NCBI GenBank assembly: GCA_018716085.1
Contig: DVKK01000044.1
Span: 5,106 to 69,105, forward strand
DNA: 64,000 nucleotides
Reading direction: 5' to 3'
Source: Candidatus Ornithoclostridium excrementipullorum
Lineage (GTDB): Bacteria > Bacillota > Clostridia > Christensenellales > UBA3700
The translations under genes and the position numbers were made by a program. Positions 1 to 8,140 of this stretch are shown in pieces (positions within the stretch are counted from its first letter, which is position 1; every line of letters starts with the position of its first letter). The notes under the pieces are model-generated. The model was not told the origin of the DNA. It saw only the letters and a program-made list of their open reading frames with translations, and did not search any database.

Positions 1-1024
1 AGTAGTTGTTGATGTAATACTCGCTCGAATTTTTCTTCACATAAGGTTTGACCGTGTATCCCTCCGCCATGAATTTACTGCGGAGTTCGTTCAGAGTAAG
101 AAATCTTACGGAATCGCCGTCGTCGGCATCCCGCTCGCTGTGACCTGCATAATCGCGAAGATCGTTCTGCGGTTTGCTGTAAATACTGTCGAAACTTGCG
201 ATATAATTGACTTTTTCGGGTTCCTGACGATATGCCGCGACATCTTCACGACGATAAGCTTTTTCACGGTTTTCCTCGACGGGACGGAAGCGATCTTCGC
301 GCTTTGGGGCAAACTCTTCGCTTTGTCCGTACGCCCTCGAGTAGTCGGGAGCGTAAGTGCGCTCGTAACGCTCTTCGCCGACGGATCGGGAAATTTCGTC
401 CGCAGGTTCCTTGGAAAATGCGGGCTCCGACGCCGGGTATGCGGCAAAAGAGGAAAGCTCTGCATCTTTTTCGGGTTCTTCCTTCCGTCCGTCGTCCGCA
501 GTCGCAACTACGGGGATCGGGGCGATCACTTCATTATCTTCTTCGGATGCGGCGGTCTGCGCTTCCGCCTCGTCTTCGCCTTTTATCGACGCCATATACT
601 CGGCATACGACTGCGGATTGCGCTGACGCTTCGTCATAGGTCTGTATGCGGAGGGATCGAACGGGGGAAGGGTCGACGGATCGAATTCTTTGTCGGACAG
701 CAAGCTGTTGATGATCGTACGGCTGAATTCCCATTGCTGTTGGTCGTTTTCCAGAAAAGCTCGGCCTTCGGGCTGAAGAGAGTAGTAAACCCTCTGCGCG
801 CCGTTCGATACATCGCCTTTGTAGGAACGGATATATCCCTGTTTTTCAAGGCGTTTCAGACAGCTGTAAAGCGTGGGCTGTTTCAGCATATACAGCCCTT
901 TGCTTTTTTCCTTGATCTCGTTCAGTATCTCATAGCCGTATTTATCCTCGTCGTACAAAGCCCTGAGGATTATCGTATCCACGTGGGATCGTATAAGGTC
1001 TATGTTTACATTGGAATTTTCCAT
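1..1024 (-). CDS. PadR-family winged-helix regulator with long acidic/low-complexity extension (3' end outside window)
   Basis: Not in ORF track. AAAGGAG RBS then ATG at 1024; translates MENSNVNIDLIRSHVDTIILRALYDEDKYGYEILNEIKEKSKGLYMLKQPTLYSCLKRLEKQGYIRSYKGDVSNGAQRVYYSL (PadR YGYEI / TLY..L.RLE..GYI / R.YY motifs); open to the window edge (341 codons). Confidence 0.9.
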   Translation of the reverse strand, partial: MENSNVNIDLIRSHVDTIILRALYDEDKYGYEILNEIKEKSKGLYMLKQPTLYSCLKRLEKQGYIRSYKGDVSNGAQRVYYSLQPEGRAFLENDQQQWEFSRTIINSLLSDKEFDPSTLPPFDPSAYRPMTKRQRNPQSYAEYMASIKGEDEAEAQTAASEEDNEVIAPIPVVATADDGRKEEPEKDAELSSFAAYPASEPAFSKEPADEISRSVGEERYERTYAPDYSRAYGQSEEFAPKREDRFRPVEENREKAYRREDVAAYRQEPEKVNYIASFDSIYSKPQNDLRDYAGHSERDADDGDSVRFLTLNELRSKFMAEGYTVKPYVKKNSSEYYINNY

Positions 1025-1042
1025 GCCGTCTCCTTTATGGAT

Positions 1043-1072
1043 ATGATACAACAAATACGCGCATACAGTCAA
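1043..1072 (-). promoter_or_regulatory. Putative sigma-A promoter of the PadR gene
   Basis: TTGACT-18 nt-TATCAT on minus strand upstream of the RBS. Confidence 0.55.
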
Positions 1073-3178
1073 TCGTTGGCTCGTTTTTTCGTAACAATAA
1101 TTTTACTTTTCGGCGCAAACAGTTACAAATTGACTTTATTTTCATAATAATTTTATCAAATTAAGCCATTATTTTTCTAATTGCATACACTTTCGTAAAA
1201 ACAAGAAATTTCGCGCTTCGGATAAAGACATATATCTGCCGAGATTCCTTCCGAAACTTAAAAGCCTCCCATCTCGGCTGAGAACGAGAGGATCGAATAA
1301 GGCATCGGTTACTTAGAAATAAGAGTCCGTTCGGGCATAGGGAGATGACAAAGGAATTTTACGGCACCGCGCACGCAGCGCGATAAACGAACAAAACGCG
1401 AAAATCAAATCACACCGTAGCCTGACAGATATCCTAGTATTATTTTTTAGCTGTAAAGAGGGCGGCGATCATCATAAAATTCTCACCGAAAGCAGCTGCA
1501 ATTAAAAAGAGCAGGAACGAATAAGCTAAATTGTATAAGATGTGCAACTGATATTTTCTCATAAATCGACGATAATAGCCAAATAAACGTGATAAGCGAG
1601 AAAAACAAATTATATGAAGGCGGAATACTTGATACATTATTCAATGAGCAAATACTACGAATGCTAAAATACAAAACGTAAAGCGACGTCAGAAAGCGGT
1701 TGTGATATATCGATCGAAAGCGCAAAGGGCGCAAAATCACAATAAAATCAAATAAACTCAGAGAAAATACCGCATAAAACAGCAAAATCGGGTAGTGATG
1801 TATACAAATGTTCATATTTTATTTATACAAGCGTTCCAAGCGCTCGTGCGTTGTTTTATAATATACGATATAAGCCGGATCCTGTCTTTCCGATGCACGC
1901 AATGCTCAACGCTTATAATAATCCAACCGTAAATAACGTAACGCCAAAATGAAATTAACGGGAGATAAACGCTGCTTTCGGTGCGCTGATCTATCGGAGA
2001 ATATTTTATGATTCCGAATAAGAAAATATCGCTAAGCTTCGCAAAATAAATCCATGAGCATACTCTTGACATATCATTTGCAATTTAAGGCACATTCATC
2101 GGTCCTTCCAAAATTTTCCGATAACACTCGATATTGCTTATCGTCGTCCCGACAAAGAGTAGGTATGGCGAGTCCGATACAATTTTCTATCCGATCATGC
2201 GCGTCGATTCCGTGCAACTTTGAGCATGTAAAAATAAGATGACATCAGCACGAGTGCGAAACTCATATCATAATGAACGACTTTATCGAGTCAGATTGTG
2301 ACGCCTATCGATCGCGAATATCCATCCGCCACATAAGCATTTTAAAAGCCGATCCTGAGTTTTTTGATAGGGTAATTGCCCGTTTAATCTATTCGCAAAA
2401 GCTTAGCTTTACGAAAAGATAGTGCAAAATAATGACAAAATAGTACGATTTTCAAAATAATTTTTGTCATTTGAGCCGCAAATCGGCTTAAATCGAATTT
2501 CGATTCGCCACGATAACTCGATCGTCAATTCGAATCGTCCGATACCGTTTATATTTATCAAAACGCTTACGCCGACACGCCGACTGCCGTCGTTGCATAC
2601 ACATTTTTCGGTCAGAAATCACCGTAACAAATATGCGTCTTTTTCAAAAATCGTAATATCACCGCGTTTGGCAATGTATCAAATATATTTTGCGCAAATG
2701 AGCGTTTGTGTAAATAGCTCCGACATTGAGTTTGCCAATAAAATTTACCGAATTGAGCGTTATTCCGATATCATACCTTGATCTTGTTATAGACAACAGC
2801 GTGATCGGGTCAATACGTTACGACTTGATCATACGTTCGTATATTAATTATTCTGTCCCGCTCCCGCGCGAGCTTTATCTGTATCCGTTATCGACTGGTT
2901 GCAAAGCTGCGTTGGTTTGATTCGGCTCGGTCGGACGGCTTTCTTTCGCATCCGCAACGGATCATGATCCCCGAACGCGGTATCATATCGCTTTTTTGCC
3001 GAAAAATTCGCAATATCTGAGCAATTTTTTGCCGTCGGTATATATTCGGAACGTTTGACGGATACGAGTTTATCCGAATTTATCAAATAAGCGATCAAAC
3101 AGCTATGCCCTTTTTTCGCGCACGCTTTTACCTTGACTGAATATGAGATCGACCTGTATCTTTTCGCAAAATCATTGA

Positions 3179-3207
3179 TTGCAAAACAGGACTTATTGTG
3201 ATATCAT
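3179..3207 (+). promoter_or_regulatory. Sigma-A promoter of recombinase gene (leaderless geometry)
   Basis: TTGCAA-17 nt-TATCAT with TG extension, 6 nt before ATG 3214, no SD. Confidence 0.7.
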
Positions 3208-3213
3208 ATAAGC

Positions 3214-4269
3214 ATGAAGAAACAAACCGATTATTTCGAGCAAAGGAATATCGACAATACGCTCAAACTGCGAGAGATACGCCGCGATCTGCCGCGGTTT
3301 TGCGACGAATTTTTCATCGGTATAGAAAACAGAACGACTCCGCTCACCAGATTGGAGTACGCCTACGATCTAAGGATCTTTTTCTATTATCTTTTCTCCG
3401 AAACGCGCGAATTCCAAAGCTACGATTCGTCGAATTTCACTCTCAAACAACTTGATGAAGTCACTACGTCGCAGATAGAGGCGTTTCTGGAATTTCTCAA
3501 CTATTACAAATACGATGACAATGTCTATTCCAATACCGTAAAGACAAAAGCCCGCAAATTGTCCACCGTTAAGTCTTTCTTCAAATATTTTTACAATAAA
3601 GACGCGATAGATTCCGATCCCGCATCGAAAGTTCTTACGCCGAAACTGCACGAAAAGCCCATCATACGGCTCGAAGTGGATGAAGTGGCACGGCTGTTGG
3701 ACAGCGTGGACAGCGGCGAAGGACTTGACGGACGGCAGGCGGCTTTTCACGAAAAGACGCGTCTGCGTGATCTTGCGATAATGACGCTGTTTCTCGGCAC
3801 AGGCATCCGTATAAGCGAATTGGTCGGTCTTGACGTCGACGATCTCGATTTCAACGTCAACGGTTTCAAAATAACGCGAAAAGGCGGTTCTCAAACGATA
3901 CTCTACTTTTCGGACGAAGTTGCAGAAGCTCTGATCGCATATCTCGACGAACGCGCCCAGGACGAAAGTCTCGACGATGAGCCGGCGCTGTTTCTTTCGA
4001 TACAAAAGAAACGTATGTCCGTGCGCAGCGTCGAACTTCTCGTAAAAAAGTATGCGAAGATAGTCACTCCTCTGAAAAAAATAACGCCGCACAAACTGCG
4101 CAGTACGTACGGCACCGAATTATACCGCGAAACCGGTGATATTTACGTCGTTGCCGAAGTTCTCGGACATAAAGATATCAATACCACAAAAAAGCATTAC
4201 GCCGCCATAAGCGACGACATCAAACGCGACGCCGCGCGCAAAGTCATACTGCGGGACAAAAAGGATTGA
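3214..4269 (+). CDS. Tyrosine recombinase, XerC/XerS-like
   Basis: 351 aa; catalytic residues GIRISE (R), TRKGG (K), HKLR, LGH, KKHY; N-terminal SAM-like core-binding domain; adjacent to lexA. Confidence 0.93.
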   Translation: MKKQTDYFEQRNIDNTLKLREIRRDLPRFCDEFFIGIENRTTPLTRLEYAYDLRIFFYYLFSETREFQSYDSSNFTLKQLDEVTTSQIEAFLEFLNYYKYDDNVYSNTVKTKARKLSTVKSFFKYFYNKDAIDSDPASKVLTPKLHEKPIIRLEVDEVARLLDSVDSGEGLDGRQAAFHEKTRLRDLAIMTLFLGTGIRISELVGLDVDDLDFNVNGFKITRKGGSQTILYFSDEVAEALIAYLDERAQDESLDDEPALFLSIQKKRMSVRSVELLVKKYAKIVTPLKKITPHKLRSTYGTELYRETGDIYVVAEVLGHKDINTTKKHYAAISDDIKRDAARKVILRDKKD

Positions 4270-4290
4270 CTTCTTTTCGAGGTTTTGCGA

Positions 4291-4862
4291 CGAATATATG
4301 TTCGTCCCGACCCGCCGTTATTTTTATTTTGAGCGATCTGGCAGGATCTCGTATCGGTCGGCTTTTATCGCAGGCGCGTCCGAAGACAGATAAAATCGCG
4401 ATAAACAAATGTTCCCTTTTGAGAAAACGCCTAATAACCGATTTCAAAAATCCGTGGATGCTAAGTTTGCGCCGTATGCGTATATTCGCTCCGAGCAACC
4501 GTTTTCGGTGCTTTTTCAAGAGCGCATTTCTTATTCCACTATACGGATCGTCCGCGAATATATGTTCGCAAAATATCGACGGAGCGTTGAGGATCCGTAT
4601 GCGGCAAATTCATACAAACAGCCGACAATATCGTGCGGTCCAATAAATATTCATAACGTAGATCCGCAAATGCGGACTTGATTCTTGTATACCGCGTATT
4701 TACGGCGAATAAATGTTCGTATTCCGTAAATTGTATTCACTAAATTCGACGCGGAACGCTCCGGTATCTTTGAAAGATACGCCACAGACAGCAAGGTCGA
4801 AGATCGTCGAATTGATCGGCATGAATTTATAAAAAGTTGTTGCAAAATGTGAACGTATGTGC
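4291..4862. promoter_or_regulatory. Cluster of LexA (Cheo/SOS) boxes
   Basis: CGAATATATGTTCG 4291-4304 and 4555-4568, TAAACAAATGTTCC 4402-4415, CGAATAAATGTTCG 4706-4719, GAACGTATGTGC 4851-4862; compare Gram-positive consensus GAAC-N4-GTTC. Confidence 0.75.
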
Positions 4863-4868
4863 TAAAAT
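4840..4868 (+). promoter_or_regulatory. lexA sigma-A promoter with SOS box in the spacer
   Basis: TTGCAA-17 nt-TAAAAT (TG extended), followed by GAGGAG RBS. Confidence 0.75.
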
Positions 4869-4896
4869 GAAATCATAAACGAGGAGTAAAGACGGC

Positions 4897-5538
4897 ATGA
4901 ACTCACAGAAAACGCAGGAAAAACTTGACAAAACGCTGGCGTTTATCAAAAAATTCATACGAGAAAACAATTATCCGCCCAGCGTGCGAGAGATTTGCAA
5001 AGAGGTCGGATTCAAATCTACGGCGTCCGTCCAATATTATCTCGATAAGCTCGAATCCGACGGTCTCATCAGACGCGCTCTCTCCAAAAACCGCACTATA
5101 GAACTTCTCTGCGACGACGAAGAGGAAGCCGGCGCAGATTTTGCATCGGTCCCCATGTTGGGCAATATCGCCGCAGGTCAACCGTTGTTTGCCGCAGTGG
5201 AAAACGATATCAAACTGCACGTTCCGACGGACTTCTTCCATTTGAAGGGAGAAACGTTTTGTCTTACCGTAAAAGGCGAAAGTATGCGCGAGATCGGGAT
5301 AATGAACGGCGACGTCGTGCTGATACGCTCTACCCCGTCCGCTTCCGACGGCGACATCGTCGCGGCGCAGCTTGACGGAAACGAAGTGACCCTGAAACGC
5401 TTTTTCAGAAAATCGCCCGAGCTTATAGTGCTTCATCCCGAAAATTCGGATATGGAAGATATAATCGTCACGCCCGAGACCGAATTCCGTATACTCGGCG
5501 TGGCTGTGGGATTGATGCGCAACACTATATCGCGCTGA
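4897..5538 (+). CDS. lexA: SOS repressor LexA
   Basis: YPPSVREI wHTH, IAAG cleavage site, GESM serine and TLKR lysine dyad. Confidence 0.97.
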   Translation: MNSQKTQEKLDKTLAFIKKFIRENNYPPSVREICKEVGFKSTASVQYYLDKLESDGLIRRALSKNRTIELLCDDEEEAGADFASVPMLGNIAAGQPLFAAVENDIKLHVPTDFFHLKGETFCLTVKGESMREIGIMNGDVVLIRSTPSASDGDIVAAQLDGNEVTLKRFFRKSPELIVLHPENSDMEDIIVTPETEFRILGVAVGLMRNTISR

Positions 5539-5565
5539 TCCACGCTTGAATTATCGGATCATCAC

Positions 5566-5598
5566 GAAAGTCCCGAGATTTTTTCCCGGGGCTTTCTC
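5566..5598 (+). terminator. Probable lexA terminator hairpin
   Basis: GAAAGTCCCG...CGGGGCTTTC just after the stop; weak U tract. Confidence 0.5.
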
Positions 5599-5972
5599 AT
5601 TAAGACGCACTCTTCCGTAAAGTCACTCTCTGCTTCCTATCGATCAAATACATTCATGGATCCGCAGTTTTCACTTTATTACAGCGCGCCGACGTTCGTT
5701 GCTTACGGCGTTTCGGTTCCGTTACACGTATCGTTAAGAGGATAATAGCGCCGTTTCCTGCGGCGATACCTCCGAACATGCACCTATCCCTTGATTTGAC
5801 CTTATACGGATAACGGAACGCGCCTTGCAAAAATCGGTTCTGAATACGATATCCGTAAGTCGGAGAACTCACCCAGCCGAGCCGCTACTCGGATATATTC
5901 TTCTGCTCGCCAAAACCATTCCGGTTCATGCCCGACGGCAATCCCGCCTGTTGGCGTTCGCCCGAGTTGCGG

Positions 5973-7211
5973 TCATTTGACCGCGTTCAGTCTTGTAAGG
6001 CAGTTCAAAAGCGCGATCTTGCCATGTTCGTATGTGATACCGCCTTGCAGATAACCGATATACGGTTCTCTTATCGGAGAATCCGCGGACAGTTCTATGG
6101 ACGCGCCGGCAACAAACGTCCCTGCCGCCATTATCACTTTATCTCCGTATCCCGGCATATCCCATGCAAACGGAGTGACGTTGCCGTCTACCGGCGAAGA
6201 GTACTGCACCGCTCTGACGAATTCGGTGAGTTCGCTCTCGCTGCCGAATTTTATCGAACGTATTATGTCGCGGCAGACAGCGCCGGGTTTCGGCATGGTT
6301 TCGTAACCGAGCCTGTCGAACGCCGCGCCGAAAAGCATGCTTGTCTTTATCGCCTGCACGACGACGTGCGGCGCCATAAAAAAACCTTGATAGAATTCGC
6401 GGTAACCGTATGCGTAAGAACCTACTTCTGCGCCTATCGACGGTGAAGTCAATCTGAACGAAGCCTGTTCCACCACATCTCTTTTTCCGCAGATATATCC
6501 TCCCGTCGGAGCTATACCTCCACCCGGATTTTTTATCAGCGACCCCGCCATGATATCTGCGCCGACTTGCGTAGGCTCTTTGACGTCGACGAATTCTCCG
6601 TAACAGTTGTCGCACATTACGATAACGTCTTTGTCGACGTCTTTTACGAATTTGCACAGTTGTCCGATCTCGTCCACCGACAGCGCGTCGCGCCATTCGT
6701 ACCCTCTGGATCTGCCGACAAATACGACTTTTACGCCCGTTTCCATCTCACGGCGTATCGCGTCGAAATCGAATTTGCCGTCTTTTAGCGCCACGCTGTC
6801 GTATCTTACGCCGTAATCCGCGAGAGAACCGATCCCTTTGCCCGTGATCGCCTCTTTCAGAGTATCGTACGGTTCGCCGCTGACGGACAGCAATCTGTCG
6901 CCGGGGCGCAGAAGTCCGAACAGCGCCGCGGTAAGCGCGTGAGTGCCCGACACTATCTGCGGCGAAACTATCGCCGCTTCCGCGCCGAAAACGTCGGCGA
7001 ACACTTTGCCGAGGGTATCTCTTCCTATATCGTCGTATCCGTAGCCGTTGGTCTGTGCGAAATGTCTTTGACCGACGCCGTGTTCGAGAAACGCCGCGAG
7101 GACTTTTTCCTGGTTGAGAAACGCGATCTCGTCCGCTTTTTTTGTATCGGCGGCAATGGATCTTTCGACTTCCGCCACAAAGTCGTATGTTTTTTTGTCG
7201 TACAATTTCAT
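5973..7211 (-). CDS. ynbB: YnbB / methionine gamma-lyase (aluminium resistance) family PLP enzyme
   Basis: GYGYDDIGRD, SGTHAL, DNCYGEF, GSLIKNPGGG motifs; position after miaA. Confidence 0.9.
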   Translation of the reverse strand: MKLYDKKTYDFVAEVERSIAADTKKADEIAFLNQEKVLAAFLEHGVGQRHFAQTNGYGYDDIGRDTLGKVFADVFGAEAAIVSPQIVSGTHALTAALFGLLRPGDRLLSVSGEPYDTLKEAITGKGIGSLADYGVRYDSVALKDGKFDFDAIRREMETGVKVVFVGRSRGYEWRDALSVDEIGQLCKFVKDVDKDVIVMCDNCYGEFVDVKEPTQVGADIMAGSLIKNPGGGIAPTGGYICGKRDVVEQASFRLTSPSIGAEVGSYAYGYREFYQGFFMAPHVVVQAIKTSMLFGAAFDRLGYETMPKPGAVCRDIIRSIKFGSESELTEFVRAVQYSSPVDGNVTPFAWDMPGYGDKVIMAAGTFVAGASIELSADSPIREPYIGYLQGGITYEHGKIALLNCLTRLNAVK

Positions 7212-8140
7212 GATTGACTCCTGTTTTCGGTATACCCTGCGTCGCTCAACGCGATATCGGTCATGCTTTCGAGAGATTCGGAACAGGGATCGACCGTAAC
7301 TGCGAATTTATATCGCGAAAACCATGTTATCTGCCGCTTCGCATACCTGCGGGTATCTCTTTTTATCCTGTCTTTCAGTTCGTTCATCCCGATCTCCCCC
7401 GAAAAATAATCGGCAAATTCCCTGTATCCTATCGCCTGCATGCTTTGGGACTTGAAATCCACGCCTCTGTCGTAAACAAGGGATCTGACCTCCTCTTCAA
7501 GACCGAGTTCAAACATTGTTTCCACACGCCGATCTATCGCCTCATAGAGCTTATCCCTCGGCGGGAGCAAGAAGATCATTTTGACGCTGTATCTCATTTC
7601 GGCGTTTTCGCCGGAAGGCTTAACGGCTCCAGTCGTGCGAAGTATCTCCAACGCGCGCAACAGCCGTTTTACATTGTTCGGATGTATCTTAGCGGCGTCT
7701 TGCGGATCCGCGGCGGCAAGCTCGGCATGGAGAGCCTCGGCTCCCCTTTCTCTCAGTTCCCGTTCCAACTCTTCTCTCACGCGTTCGTTCTTCTCCGCGC
7801 CGAAAGAAAACGGATAGATCACGGAGTGCGCATACAGCCCCGTACCGCCCGCGAATATAGGCAAACGCCCGCACGACGCGAGTCTGTCTATCTCGGACAC
7901 GGCGGCCTCGGCGTATTCGAAAGCGCTGAATTCGCTTTTAGGATCCGCTATGTCGGTCAGAGCGATAGGCACACCGTCCGCCTCCTGCGCAGTAGTTTTA
8001 GCCGTACCGATATCCATATGGCGGTATATCTGCATACTGTCGCAGGATATGACCTCGGAACCGACTCTGCGGGCGCACGCAAGCGCGAGCGCGGACTTCC
8101 CGCTCGCCGTAGGTCCGACTATGAAAAGGATCTTGGTCAT
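7208..8140 (-). CDS. miaA: tRNA dimethylallyltransferase
   Basis: Start MTKILFIVGPTASGKS (ATG 8140 overlapping mutL stop), DSMQIY, QAIGYRE, RYAKRQITW. Confidence 0.96.
   Translation of the reverse strand: MTKILFIVGPTASGKSALALACARRVGSEVISCDSMQIYRHMDIGTAKTTAQEADGVPIALTDIADPKSEFSAFEYAEAAVSEIDRLASCGRLPIFAGGTGLYAHSVIYPFSFGAEKNERVREELERELRERGAEALHAELAAADPQDAAKIHPNNVKRLLRALEILRTTGAVKPSGENAEMRYSVKMIFLLPPRDKLYEAIDRRVETMFELGLEEEVRSLVYDRGVDFKSQSMQAIGYREFADYFSGEIGMNELKDRIKRDTRRYAKRQITWFSRYKFAVTVDPCSESLESMTDIALSDAGYTENRSQS

Noticed and set aside
140-1147. 335-aa plus-strand ORF and other short ORFs in 106-849
   Set aside because: Shadows of the minus-strand PadR gene, which has an RBS and family motifs
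1991-2016. CTATCGGAGAA-TATT-TTATGATTCCG as a canonical XerCD dif
   Set aside because: Central region is 4 bp rather than 6 and the right arm diverges from TTATGTWAA
1440-3098. Short hydrophobic ORFs in the AT-rich tract
   Set aside because: No RBS, no motifs; hydrophobicity follows from A/T skew
3214-4269. Prophage/ICE integrase or integron integrase
   Set aside because: No phage or conjugation genes, no att duplication or cassettes seen, no evident IntI-specific insertion
4266-4681. ORFs of 126, 91 and 90 aa in the xer-lexA spacer
   Set aside because: Weak starts and no RBS; repeated NICS peptide merely reflects the DNA boxes
4289-4720. CRISPR array interpretation of the repeated 14-mer
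   Set aside because: Repeat too short, spacers 100-140 bp, no cas genes, and the motif matches the LexA consensus
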